Below, in pieces: positions 50,916 to 64,000 of a DNA stretch of 64,000 nt. Every line of letters begins with the position of its first letter. The stretch's first letter is position 1. Below the pieces are notes generated by a model. That model ran no database searches. It was not told the DNA's origin and saw only the letters and a list, made by a program, of their open reading frames with translations. A program made the translations under genes and the position numbers. Origin of the DNA: Podarcis liolepis (Eukaryota); assembly GCA_965112155.1 (NCBI GenBank), contig OZ218105.1; one strand, 5' to 3'.

Positions 50916-51452
50916 TATTAATTTCTCAGCAAAGAGAAACCATAGTGCTTAGCTAAGCTACCATAAATTACTGTCATAAATAGTACCTAATGTGCACGGT
51001 GGATTAAGTGTCCCCTATCAATTAAATGCATATAGTTGCATTCCTGAGAGTTACAGTAATCAGCAAATATATTCTTAGTGCTTAGTGCAAGTAGAAGTAG
51101 TTGGGTAGAACCGTTTCAGGGATGAAACAAAAATGTTACAGAACTTCCATTATACTATAGCTCTTCCCTTCTGGGACCTATTTCTGCCTCCTGCCTTTGC
51201 TTACATGAGATAAGTGGAACAGAGCAGTGGATTATCCAATACCTTCTAAATGCATCTGAGGGAAGGAAGATAATTGTTTAGGAGGTAACAGCATCACAGC
51301 AAGATATTATTGCTCCACATTTCAGGCATAATCGATGGGGAATGGTATTTTGTGCAGCTCCCATTTATTTTAGAAGTCTTTGTGCAAGACAATTTCCCCA
51401 TGATTGTGCCCTTCATCTCATTTAGCAATTTGCTTCGGCCTATGAGTTCACA

Positions 51453-51803
51453 GTGGGACGCGGGTGGCACTGTGGGTTAAACCACTGAGCCTCTTGGGCT
51501 TGCTAATCAGAAGGTCGGCAGTTTGAATCCTTCAACAGGGTGAGCTCCTGTTGCTCGGTCCCTGCTCCTGCCAACCTAGCAGTTTGAAAGCACACCAGTA
51601 CAAGTAGATAAATAGGTACTGCTGCAGTGGGAAGGTAAACGGCGTTTCCGTGCACTTCTCTGGTTCGTCAGAAGCGGCTTAGTCATGTTGGCCACATGAC
51701 CTGGAAGCTGTACGCCGGCTCCCTTGGCCAGTAAAGTGAGATGAGTGCCGCAACCCCAGAGTTATCTGTGGCTGGACCTAAAGATCAGGGGTCCCTTTAC
51801 CTT
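51453..51803 (+). mobile_element. Sauria SINE
   Basis: GGGACGCGGGTGGC head, CTTTACCTT tail, 12-bp TSD TATGAGTTCACA (51441-51452 / 51804-51815). Confidence 0.92.
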
Positions 51804-52592
51804 TATGAGTTCACAAGTAACCTCTGTATTTTAGCCTCAGCTCTCTGAGGCTACACCTATTTTTACAGGGCTCTTCTGAGGACTATTATCAAAAGATAGG
51901 ACATGTAGTGCTAGTACTATATAATCATTGTCATAATAATCACTAGCCCTCAAGTAATCAGCAAAAATTGTCTAGTCATAAGGAAATGCTGCAAACTACC
52001 CCCAGAATCAAACACATAGTTCAACCAGCTTTGGCGGAATTGCAGTCTCTCATCCCCACATTTCTATTGCAGCCCTGACTTTGTGAATATCTAAATGTAG
52101 AGGCTCTTTAGTTATGTGACTTTCTCTCTTCCTTAGGAAGCCCAAACACAGAATTATTCAGAAAAAGTGTAGAAAGGCCGTGGCGGGGGGGGGGGGGGGA
52201 GACACACGGGACCAGTTACACTTTCATGAGCTAGACACTTATAGATCTGCCTCCTAGCACTGCTTTATCCTGTCCTTGATTGGGTGCTTTGTTTTCTGCA
52301 CATTTTGTTGCATTGCTTTATTGAATAGTTTCCACAGTTATTTTATTAATTTAATCTTATGCACTTATATATTTGTTAGCTGCTTCCATGGAGTAGGAAA
52401 TCTACATTTTAAATGTTAGAAGTAAATTAGAAATAATAATAATCAATGCATTCTGATTTGTTCACTTGGTTCCACTGCTGTTTAGTTTACATTAATGCCC
52501 TCATGTAAAATAATAAAATGTGAAATAAGATTTGGAGTTCAAAGTGCTTGAGCTTGCTTCCCTTTAACCACCACCTTATTTTTTATTTATAG

Positions 52593-52722
52593 ACTGGTCT
52601 TATTGTTGCCTGTTACCAAGGGTTTGTGGATATTGTAATAGCCTTAGCACAATGCCCTCACATTGATGTAAACTGGCAGGACAATGAAGGAAACACAGCT
52701 CTAATTACAGCGGCCCAGGCAG
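52593..52722 (+). CDS. ANKRD33B: ANKRD33B coding exon 2 (ankyrin repeats)
   Basis: tttatag acceptor, G|gtaagg donor; [43 protein letters not shown]. Confidence 0.97.
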
Positions 52723-53054
52723 GTAAGGAGGTTTGGTCCTCATTTCATTTTTTTTGTCCAACAGTTCATGATTGTAAATGCTTATTTATTGTGATTGCAT
52801 TGAGCAAACAAATGCCAGGTTTCCCCCCCAACATGAGTCTTTAGGCTAGCCCAGCAAGTATTGCTGCTCTGTCCTCTTCTGTACATTTCAGAAAAGCTTG
52901 TCCCTTTTAATGCAGCTCAGCACTATAATTAGTGACACTATTATTAATTTAATGCACACCAGGCTCTGCTTACTAGATTAAATCTTCTGGAAGTGATTAA
53001 TACTTTTCATGGGGAGAAGATGATGTACTCTCTATTACTTCTATTACTGTATAC

Positions 53055-53386
53055 CAGGGGTCTGCAACCTTTAAGACAAAAAGAGCCACTCGGACCAGTT
53101 TCCAAAGGAAAAAAAAACTGGGAGCCGCAAAACCATTGCGACATTTAAAACAAATATATCTCCGGAGCCGCGACCTGACAGTGGGCGGGAAGGTGACGTC
53201 GGGACGGTGCGTGACTAACGCACGCACCGCCCCCATGCGACGTCACAGCCAGTACAGCGCCTGCCACAGTGGGGAGTGTCGGGGCGCACAATGCGCCTCC
53301 TCCCCTTGCTAGTATCCGCCCTGGAGCCGCAGCAAAGGTGTAAAAGAGCCACATGCGGCTCCGGAGCCGCGGGTTGCAGACCCCTG
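53055..53386. mobile_element. Young hAT (Charlie-like) MITE
   Basis: Perfect 15-bp TIR CAGGGGTCTGCAACC, perfect 8-bp TSD CTGTATAC, CpG-rich interior. Confidence 0.93.
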
Positions 53387-56300
53387 CTGTATACCATTAA
53401 AGCTACCATATTAGTGAAAAAAGTGTCCACTTTTATTTCTGACCAAGTAGTAATAATATTACAAATGGGAGCTACAACAAAGTGTTGCAGTGTATCCATC
53501 CTCCTAATACTCTTGTTAAGGAAGTTATTCCATTAAAGAAGGGTATTCAACTTTGTTTTTTATTTCTCTTTTCTTGGTTTTCTATTTTTCTTTTCTAACC
53601 CCAAGCAGTTCTCTGAACCCTGATCATACTTTTTCCATTGCTGTGCTGACAAAAAAAGAATTTAAAATTGGCATTCAGACAAATATACAGAAGAGTCTAA
53701 GGCAACTGTGCTGCTGCAGCCTTAGAAAAAGAAGTAATGAGAGCATAGCAACACTTGGGCTGCAGATAAGCCTATCAGTGAAAACGTTTGATGAGCACAA
53801 AAGGGTGCCTAGCACAGCTTCCCTGCTCTGAACCCTCTCTCTCTTCAGCCCCCCAAGATCATGTTATGTCCTGCATACAAAAGCTTTCCTATTCAATTCA
53901 GCGAAAGAGTGCAACAAATATTAGGTTGAGCACAGATGCTTTAAAATATTACTTTGTAATAAAAACCAGGAATGTAATCATGTTCAGTTCATCATATTGT
54001 GCAATATAGAATTGGCAAAAGAATGAAGCATGAAGTTTTGAAATGATAAATTCTGGGAAAATTCATTTTAGTTATATTATTTAAGAGGTGCTTAGAATTA
54101 TAAACTAAATATAGTTTGTGCTAAAATTATTAAATTAATGACAACAGATTCTAATTATTGACAACCTATAGACAGTGTAATGAAAAATGTGTTATGTTGA
54201 ATTTAATGAATATTTGGTGAAATGCAAGCATGGCAGTTACTTCCCTCTTGGGAATCACTGAATGCTGTTGTAAAAAAATATTAGAGCTGATACAGAATAA
54301 TGATTCATAATTATTTTCTGGAATCCCATTACCAGAACATGTGTGTTTTAACTAAGCTGTATTCATTTTAAAAAATGAAATGAAAAACTCTTACCTTATC
54401 TGATAATTGTTTTGTTTCATTTTAAATGCACTGTGTGGCTATAATTTTTTACTACAAAAGTATTTGTGTGTTTTCACAGCTGCCTTTATAGAAAACCAAT
54501 GCCTGATACGGCTTTTTAACAAGAGTTGGGTGGTCTCAGATATTGTATAACCTGCTTTGGGCTGTGTCCACCCAGGATATATATCTGTCCTGTTAACGGA
54601 TTAGATTTAAGGCTGCTCTTTTCTGACCTTTATATTTAATTATAATGAGCTCAGTATTAATTCAGAGTGTTGACATTGGCTTGATACTGTCTGCCAGTAT
54701 CTGATACTGCTCCCTAAAGAAAATGAGGCTAAGTAGACCACAGGATATATAAGAAGTTTCCTATAATTGTATGGAGTTATTTTCCTCTTTTCTAAAGCTG
54801 AATGACATTGGCCTTGATCACATATTACTGAGTAAGCTGGGGCTAGGTCTGCATGCATGATCCAGTCCACCAAGCCTTCCAGAGTCACCTGCCAGCCCCC
54901 AATCCAATTTACTAGGATTGTTCCTTGGGGGGGACGGGGACCCACCCACCAAATCACGGAGAGTCAAGCAAAGACTGTGGTAGTGTGGTAATCCTTCCTA
55001 AGTGGCTAGCCAGCCCCCAATTCAATTAACCACCAGTAAATTTGGGGCAAAACTAAACAAACAAACAAATCAAAGCCCCTCAACCAGACAGAGTTCCATC
55101 CCACCCTGTGGTAACAGCCCTAACTCCTGTGTGGATCCAGAAATGGCTACATATTACACACGGTCCTCCACAGCCATTGTCCCTGAACGTGCTCCAAGCA
55201 TGACTGGTGAGAGGGAGGATGTTCATGGACTTGCTAAGACATGTCGGTGCCACCTTGGAGCAAGGTTGGGGTTTTTTTTGTTTTTTTAAGGACTTCCTGC
55301 CTTTTCAGGGTTGCTGCTGGGGAAGGTTGGTGCTGCTTCTTGCCAGGCGTGGCTGCCTCTGGTTTGCAGAAGAACAAAAGCAGAAAGGATGCTTTTTGTC
55401 TGCTTAATATTTGGGGTGAAGTGATTGTTGTGGCTAATCAGTGGTGAGAGGATCTGGAAAGGGAGCCCCGAGAGAAAAGGCAGTGAGAGTGTGTGTAAAA
55501 GACAGGAAATAGAGAGACAGGCAAAGAGTGGAGAGAAAGAGAAGTGGAGATGGGTGTGTGTTACAGATGTTTCTCTGTAAGGGAAGGGAAGTCTGCAAAG
55601 AAGGGACTGCCATGCCCACTTTAAAAATGTGGCCTCTGACAGCTTTCCATTCAGGTAAGATTGCCCTTAGCTGAAAAAAGCTTTCCCATCCCTGCAGTAA
55701 GCCACAGTTGAGAGTTCTCACCATCTTTGTTGTTTGGTTCTAGAAACAAACTATGATCCCTAGCTTAACTGGCGATCATGGTTTGTTTTGTTTAAATTAG
55801 CAATGACCAGGAAGCCAAGAACATCCCTTGACTTCATATTGTGGTTCGCTTCTCCCATGTGGGAAAGTGGGGAAAATTGGCGCATTCACAGTAAACTTTT
55901 CTTTCAGTCATGATCTTGTTGCCCTGCAGAGTTTACTACTGGCAGAATTGGAGCTATGTTTTCACAATTGCCAAAGTCCTATTATTAATTAATAGACATA
56001 TATTTGAAACAGCCTTATAAAGAATTTATGCATTTGAATTAAAGTTGCATTTATTTATAGATTTTAAGAGCTGATTCTTTTTCAACATACCACTTTAAAA
56101 TTTGAGGGTGGCCTGTCGTTTCTTCTATTCCATTTCCATGTCACATTGATTGCTTCCCCCCTCTACCAGAATCCTAACATTGCTATTTTCTGTGGACTTC
56201 ATTCTGTATCTCTGGTCTTAATACCACTGTTAAACTGTCTTGAAAACAGCACACAGTTACACATCCCTAGCACACATAATTTCAGGCTTACTGTTACCAC

Positions 56301-57179
56301 CTTAAATTATAACTTAATAAAGAAGAAGCTCCTGAGCAGGCACCTAGAACTCATTTGAATCCAATATTGATGAAAGGAACACTTCAGCTGAGTCCACGTC
56401 CAGATCTGGCCTCCTACTTTTTCCTCTGTTAACCATCTACAGTTGCATGGGAGAGCCATCCCTCTATCCTATAGTTAATGTGCTCTTGCCCTTTTTCCAG
56501 ATAGTTACATTTGTTGGCAGCTTTCAGGAGTCTGCAACTGCTCCCACAACTGAAAGAGCACTAAGCAGTTGTAAGTTTAAGCTTTTTCATGGAGTATTAA
56601 CATTCTGAATTAATTGTGCATTGTATGGGCAATCTTTTCCCCTAGCCCAGATAGCTTATGTTAAAAGAGTTCATAAAAGTAGAAATTCTTATTAGCATCT
56701 TGCATTTCTCCTGCTGCTTCAACTGTGAAGCATATATAAAGATTATGTTTTCTATAAGAGCTTTTAAATGGAGTTAACTGATTGCCATTAACTTGAATTA
56801 GCAACTGCACCTGAAACTACAAGTCTGAATAGTGCAACCATTTGTGTCTGAATTCAGACTAAAGAACAAATCTTTTTTTTAAAAAGGTTACCAGGGCTGT
56901 ATTCAAAGTAGTGTTAAGCAGGTTGTTTTGTCAGTGCAAGGATTTATCCTTGTGCAACAGAAGAAAAACCTCTTCCTCTGGGCCCCCAAATTTGTTCTGG
57001 GTGTTTCCCCAACCCTCTGGAACAGCTTTGGGTATGGCATGGGGTATGCATGAGGGGTGGAGAAAAGGAGGGAAATCCCATTGCACCAACTCTAATCCTA
57101 TTTATAGCACAGCTGTTTAGCTCAATACTACCCAAAGTGAAATATTGAGCTGGAGGACTAAGACTGCATATGAATGACA

Positions 57180-57274
57180 ACCATATGTCAGGAGTGCTCT
57201 GATGGTGTTTCCTGCTTGGCAGGGGGTTGGACTCGATGGCCTTTGTGGTCTCTTCCAACTCTATGATTCTATGA
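57180..57274 (+). mobile_element. CR1 LINE 3' end
   Basis: gggttggactcgatggcc...cttccaactctatgattctatga; flanking direct repeat TATGAATGACA (57169-57179 / 57270-57280). Confidence 0.85.
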
Positions 57275-59517
57275 ATGACATTTTATTTTAGAATTAGTGA
57301 GAGTCTGAGCACTTCCTTTTTCTTTGTAGTCCACACACAATCTAGATCTAATGCATATTTTTGCTCCTGAAAAGTGCATTTTGAAAAATTGGTTGGTTCA
57401 TTCCAAAATAAAAATTCATTGCAGATTGATTCTGCATTTCCCCACAGTGTGTCCATTTGAAAACAGATGAAGGTGGTTCCAGCAATGGGGGAGTGTATCC
57501 ACACCTCCCCTTCTTCATTCACCCAGGGCATATGCAGGGAGGAAAAGGCATTGATAACCTAATCAATGGAGGTTTTTCAAATGGTTATCCGATAACCACA
57601 CCCACCTATCCTTCTGGATGGCAGGATTTAGAGTCAATCAAGATTGAAAGCAGCATGCTGAGGACGACCACGAACAATTCCAGAGTAACAAAAAGTATGC
57701 TTTGGTACTACAAAGGGATTGGTGTGTACACAGCCTGAGCCTTATGTCCTTAGTGCACATGTATGAATTGCACCGCGGTGGCCAAAACGGTGGCCTTCAG
57801 ATGTTGGACTGCGGCTTCCATAATCCCTGGCCAATGGCCATGTTGGATGGGACTGGTGTGAGCCGGGAGCCCAAAAACATCTGGAGGGCACAGTGATGTA
57901 AACCCCCAAATTCTAATGTTGAAGCATGTACTATGAAAATACTGCTACTAACTTTTACTCAGTTTTACTCAAAAATAGTGAGGCCTTTTCTGTTAGTTAG
58001 AGATTCTATTTCTAACAATTCTGTAAGGGCTGCCACCCATTTTGCAGGTGGCAAAGTAAGGCTGAGAGTCTGCTGAAGCATGATTTTTAAGATTATTTGG
58101 CATGATTTTTCTTTTATTACCATGAAGAAATTAGCACAGGTCTCAGTTCAGGTAAACAGAAGCTTAAGCAGTTAGAGGCACATTCAGAATGTCATCAATA
58201 CTGGGCACCTCAGTAATGAAATAGTTTTAATTCAGTTGTGAACAATTATTATCAGAAGCCCTTTACCTGAGAAATAGGAGGGAAAGGATACATTGAAAGG
58301 AAAATCTAGATTCATTTTATAGAAATGAAGTTATTTTCCACGGATTGCAGTAGGACTTTGCACTTAATGCAGCCCTTTGAAAGGATATTATTTGTAAGGA
58401 TCAGGTGCCTGGTTTCTGCAGAAGCATTTTGGCTGCTTTTCCATTTCTAGTGACTCATTGGTGCTCAGAGAGCACCAGTGATATAAATTAGTAATGATGG
58501 AAAAGCAGTTTCCAAAGTGGTTGTTTGAATCTGCTCTACGGGGTTTTGTGGAGTTGGGCATGCCTATTTCTTGATTTCTGTACTTTAAATTACCTAGAAA
58601 GTCTAGGAGTGTTCTGAAGTTATGTAGGCCTAAGAGTGTTTGGGGTTGGGTGATCAGACAACAGTAAGGATCTCCAGCAGAGCCCATTGCTGATCAATTC
58701 AAAGGGACATGAGCACATGATAAGGACGGGAAAATATCAGAAGTTCAAATCAGAAACGTCCCTAAGAACAAGGCAAGTAGAGACACTCCAAATGAATGCC
58801 TGACATTTTCACTTCTTTCATAATTTTGCATTATTGTACCCTGTCGCTATCTAGGTAGAAGGACTCTAAAAAAGGGCTCCAGTTAGGAAAGAGGCAACCA
58901 AAGAGCACAGCTGTCCATAAAATACCTGAGTGTAATTAAAGCTGCTTAAATAGATAAACATGCAGCTCTCCTCCTTCTAGAATATGTAGATTTGTTTGGG
59001 TGCCATGAAGCCACCGATCATTAAAACTGTACCAGATGTTCTGCTATGGATTTTGTTTAATTGCTTGTATGAAACTTCTTCATAAACATTCTTGGATAAA
59101 TTTAACTGACTGACATGTATTGCAGAATATTTAACTGGACTGCAAAATAAGACGAGGGAACTTTTTTTATACAGCTTACAGTAATTAAGTTGTTGTTGTT
59201 GCAGCTGGCTGACAGACTACATTATTACACAAACCATCAACCCATCATACAACAAATGACAAGTGGGGGAAAATGTTCTGAATGAGCAATAATGGCACTA
59301 GATGTTTGTCTTGTTCTGTCAGTCCAATTACAAGGGCTTGATGGTTTAATTGGTCTTCAGACTGTTAGCTCCCTAGCGTCTATAATTTTAGCCTGTGATA
59401 GATTTTTACCACTCTACATATTTCAGTGATACTGGCAAAGCAGGCAGACCTTCTGCTGGAGATTATGCCTGATATGGTCTGCTAAAAGCATTTCTAAGAA
59501 TATATATACTGTGTCTA

Positions 59518-59525
59518 TTTATTTA

Positions 59526-59559
<34 letters not shown>
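59518..59559. repeat. (TTTA)n(CTTA)n microsatellite
   Basis: Direct reading. Confidence 0.9.
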
Positions 59560-60227
59560 CAGTCATTTTAGTTCATAATCTGTCCTGTTGCTAGTTCAGG
59601 ATAGTAGAAGCTTAATGACCAGGGTTTTACAGCAGAGTTGGGAAACTGAACCCTCCTATGGCTGGCAAGGCAACAACAGATCTTTAAACGATTATTTCCG
59701 CTTACCATAGACTCTCACAAATTACCATTAATGTAATCATATTTATAACTCTCAAGCATTCTGTGTAGGCCTGCCACTGGTAATTATTTGGAAATTGCCT
59801 GTGATGGCAATGAGTGGCTAGGAGGAAACTGGATTCATTATCCAGTGTTTCAATTAGCTTCCTATAGCTTTCCAGGCATAACTCAAAGGTACTGCTTTAA
59901 TCTATTTGGCACTAAATTGTATGAACACTACGTCCTAGAACCCACCTTCTGCCATGATTAGCTTAAATTATCCTTCTGAGCAGGGATAGGGAATATGGAT
60001 AATAGACCAAGTCAACTTTCCATTAAATTTTGGTTTATATACTGCAAACAAAATTTTGTATAGCTTTCATTTCTAAGGAAAAGAAGTAACTGATCTGTAT
60101 GTGTATTTGCCAACCATTGAGAGAGACATATTGAGGGAGCACCAGTGACTGTGTGGGAAGGAGAGGTTGAAACCCATTTTGTTAACTTCCTTATCTTAGG
60201 ATTGAACCAAGCCATAGCATTTTATAG

Positions 60228-60454
60228 TTCTCGGTAGTGGCACCTGCCCTGTGGAATACCCTCCCATCAGATGTCAAGGCAATAAGCAACTATTTTACTT
60301 TTAAAAGACATCTGAAGGCAACCTTGTTTAGGGAAGTTTTTAATGTTTAATGCTGTATTGTGTTTTTAATATTCAGTTGGGAGCCGCCCAGAGTGGCCGG
60401 GGAAACCCAGCCAGATGGGCGAGGTATAAATAATAAATTTGATGATGATGATGA
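60228..60454 (+). mobile_element. L2 3' end with (GAT)n tail
   Basis: Aligns by eye with 25833-26040. Confidence 0.85.
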
Positions 60455-60600
60455 TAGCTTAGTGGTTATTTGACTCTGAGGAGTGTGTATGATCTGTCCT
60501 GAAGCTTCAGTATATGAGAGTTAAAATAAAACAAGTAGAATTCACAGTGGTTTGAAAATAATACACTTTTGTATTGATATTTTTTATTCTTTTTTTGTAG

Positions 60601-60741
60601 GACATATTACTATTACACAGTATTTATTAAACTATTATCCTGGCCTTGATATTGAGAAAAGGAATGTCTTTGGATTTACTGCACTCATGAAGTCTGCAAT
60701 GCAAGGCCGAAGTGAATGCATCAGAGCTTTAATGTTGGCAG
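60601..60741 (+). CDS. ANKRD33B: ANKRD33B coding exon 3 (ankyrin repeats); gene continues beyond window
   Basis: ttttttgtag acceptor, G|gtatag donor; (G)[46 protein letters not shown]. Confidence 0.96.
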
Positions 60742-61107
60742 GTATAGAAAAATCCTCTGCTTCATTATCCTCATTCCCTTGAACTACTGTAAAGACTACT
60801 TCTAAATGAAGGACTGCAGTTCTTGATATTTACTCTCTTGGCAGCCCTGCCTACTCTAATTACAGACTGGACAAAGAAAGAGAGTGGGAGAGAGAAATTC
60901 AAAACCACTGTTGCTTATTGTTGTTTTCCACCACTGAATTTTCTACAAATGGATCTCATTAAGGAAACTAAATTCATTAATTTATTTATAAACATGAATA
61001 TTCTACCATATTTTGCAAAACCAGTACCAAACACAATCTAGGGCAGCTGAAATTTCCTTTCAGTGCCTACAGGGTTTACATACTCAGTTTAAATGGAAGG
61101 CATAACC

Positions 61108-61272
61108 CAGTGGCATAGCGTGGGTTGTCAGCACCCGGGGCAAGGCAAGTAATTTGCGCCCCCTAACCCATGGATTTGCACCCCCTAACCCGTGGATTTG
61201 CGCCCCCTAACCCTAACCCCCAGATGTTGCGCCCGGTGCGGCCCCCCCTGCACCCCCCACGCTACGCCACTG
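61108..61272. mobile_element. hAT-type MITE with internal CCCTAA-containing tandem repeats
   Basis: 17-bp TIR CAGTGGC(A/G)TAGCGTGGG, perfect 8-bp TSD GCATAACC (61100-61107 / 61273-61280). Confidence 0.9.
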
Positions 61273-63352
61273 GCATAACCCAGTGAACTTGTACTAACCC
61301 CTTGCAAAAATAAGTTTGTATAGTGCAGAACTTTCATAAAACACAATAGGAAAAGCAGACAAAGCAGCTGAATTAAAAGCAGAGAGTAACAATTGGAATA
61401 CTAAAATTATATTAAAAGCACCCTGAAATAGAAAAAAAGAAAAGTCTCCAGCAATCAGCTGAAGCTTAAAAGAGAAGAGTCCTGGCATGTCTCTACAGAG
61501 AAGGCATTTCACAGTTGTGGTTCCACCACTAAAAAGACTGTCTTGAGTGCCCATCTTCTGAAGTTACATAAGGATGGAGCAGAGCCTCTGAAGTTGACTT
61601 TAACTGGCAGCAGGCTTGCTTGCTTATTTTTTAAAATTTCTATATCACTCTTCCAACTGGGGGCTGAGGGGGGGCATACAACATAATTAAGACAGTGTTA
61701 CTAAATATCTGCAATAACAATAGAAAACTAAAAACACACCTCTTGAAAATTTACAAATTTTATTCACAGGGTTATTTCAGTAGTTCATGGAGACCAGAGT
61801 GTTTTTTGTGTATTTCAGGTTATCAGGAAACGGGTTAATAGCAAAGTGATGTGGAGATGGGCTATTACTTCTGCTCATTTTAGGGAAGCTATCAGGATGG
61901 CAGGTACTGGCCAGACATTATATTTAGAAATAATTCATGGATTAAGGACTGCTCAGCAATTGCAAGAAATAATGGAGCTTGTAGAGTGCTAAAGAGGATG
62001 AAACATGGATTTATTGCCAAAAGGCTCAGGAGAAACAGAGCTAAGCTATTGCAGCCTTATTTTGAGAGAGTATCCCTAAGCCAGGGCAAACCATAGTGAT
62101 TACTCATTGCTTTTAGCAAATATTACAGAACAGGAATTCACACGAGATACAAATATGTTCTTCTGTTCAAATACCTGAAGGCTCCCATTTGTTAAATATG
62201 GTTTAACATATGGTAAAATGGTAAGATACACAATTTCAACCCATCTAAAGGCAATTGCACAAATATTCTCAGCTGTAAATTTCTCCTATGCTAGTTAGGT
62301 TGCTGTGGACTCCCGCAGTTGTTTGAAATATTTTTAAAACTTGAGCCTAAGCCCACTTTTGTTGGGAGTCAGCCCCATTCATTCAATAAGATTTACTTCT
62401 GAGTAGGCTATTACGTGACCAATTTACTCATACTGAAATGAGTCGAAAAATGAAGCTATGAAACATCTACGTCAATATTGCCGTTTTAAAAAAGAAGGGC
62501 CCAAAAGTTCCTATAAACTTGGAGTTTTTCTGATGTTTTTGCTGGAAACCTCAGCTCAGATACTTCAAGCATATTTCATTTGCAGATAATATTGCAATAT
62601 GTGTAGCTGTATTAATTTAATGGAATATTAATATTCCAAACTGACTGGGATGTCCAGGTTACTTATTCTGAAAAAAACCCCGTTTGTAATATTAGATTTC
62701 TCTCTGGAAAATCAGGTCTAAGTGGAGATGGACACGTTTCTTACAAGCTGATTTTCAGACTCAATGTAATTCAGAATGATTGATAGAATGCCATGACACT
62801 TGGAAGGAGGACTTGAATATTCATGTGTGACCCAGGTAGCAAAGTACCTAACCTCATTTATGTTCGTGTGGGATTAGTTTTAAAGAAGTCACTGCAATAC
62901 TTCAGTAGTGTTTAAAGCAAATCTTGTGTCCCAAATAGATTTCCTGAGAAAGAACATACAGCAAAAATTTGACAAGCTATTAGAGAAGACTTATTTGTGG
63001 TTACTGTGCAGATAATCTTCAGTATTTTCTATCTACAGCTTTACTGGTAGAATTTCCCCATTTAGGCAGAGAGGATGCTGGAGTCAAGAGCTGAGAATAC
63101 CATATTCCGTTCATTTCTTTTCTTAGTCCTACGACAACAATAACACAGAAAACATTATCTGAGCTCTGTATTTTTTCTACTATTCATTCCATTAGTATTA
63201 TTTATTACTTGATTAAATCTTTGTGTTCCGTGGGATAAATGTTCATATTTATCTTCAGAGTCTCTTTCAGTGATGGTACCAGCACACACTCCAAGGTATT
63301 CTCCAGTCACCCATCTGTGCGATTGGAGAGAGATCAAACAGGAAAGACAAGT

Positions 63353-63622
63353 TGCTTACCAGTAAATTGTGTTATTTGATTGGTCATCTGTGCAGTCACA
63401 GCTCATGTAGTTTCTTCACTGCTGGTGCCGTCAGTTCGTTGAAATCATCAGGGCAAGGCTGAAGGAACAGAACAGGAGGCAACTGCCTCACCTGTTTCAG
63501 GCCAACCCTTCTCCCTGAAAGGAGGGGACAGAAATACTAACCCCCTGACTAACATATTATAAACTCCTGAAAATGTTTTACACTCAAGTGTGACTGCACA
63601 GATGGCCACCATTACAGGTAAA
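63353..63622. mobile_element. Short element with inverted ends, DIRS-like remnant
   Basis: TGGTCATCTGTGCAGTCACA (63381-63400) inverted at 63589-63608 (19 of 20 match); outer TTACCAGTAA / TTACAGGTAA; class from recall. Confidence 0.5.
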
Positions 63623-64000
63623 CAGCCTAATTTTGGTGCACTTGATCCTGAAATACAATCTTAAGAACAGCTGGGAATGTACACACATGGAGTAGCAAAA
63701 CTTCAATGCCTAGAGCAGGAAAAGCAGTCAACTACTTTGAGTTTCCCTGAGATAAAACAGCAGAAAATTACATGAGGAGGAATACATAATGCCATTTTTG
63801 TTGTTAAATAAATGTAAAACAAAAACACAGCCAACATTTTTTATTTATCAGAATATAGTATTGCCAGTATAAGAGTAGAGATAAGTAGGGGTCAGTGAAC
63901 CACATCTTCCTATCACCTTTCCTCCTTTTCCTGTCTGGCATTGGATGGTTTCAGATAGATATACCTTTCACTGACTCTTATTCTGGTCAGATGTAATCTC

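Noticed and set aside
54840-55420. GC-richer block that might be an LTR fragment
   Set aside because: No TG..CA termini or TSD identified

Overview
Vertebrate genomic DNA from a squamate, probably a lacertid lizard given the Sauria-SINE and BovB content. It carries the conserved amniote gene order MARCHF6 - ROPN1L - ANKRD33B, all on the + strand. Present are the last three coding exons and long 3'UTR of MARCHF6, the complete 5-coding-exon ROPN1L gene (216 aa) with a CpG-island promoter bearing two RFX X-boxes, and exons 1-3 of ANKRD33B (last exon outside the window). ANKRD33B intron 1 holds an antisense, intronless, frameshifted KIF23 (MKLP1) retrocopy that keeps its 5' end but lacks its 3' end. 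Introns and intergenic DNA are dense in mobile elements: Sauria SINEs, other tRNA-derived SINEs, L2, CR1 and RTE/BovB fragments, three families of TA-targeting Tc1/mariner MITEs, several hAT MITEs, a DIRS-like remnant and one solo LTR. There is a 166-N assembly gap at 8955-9120. The best candidate for something undescribed is the 566-bp solo LTR at 18915-19480. Its whole U3 region is one open 129-codon ORF, an acidic/Pro-rich protein with a C-terminal HMGN-like RRRSARL motif and a stop codon inside the TATA box. A hAT MITE carrying telomeric CCCTAA units is the next most unusual item. All family assignments come from reading and recall; no database searches were run.
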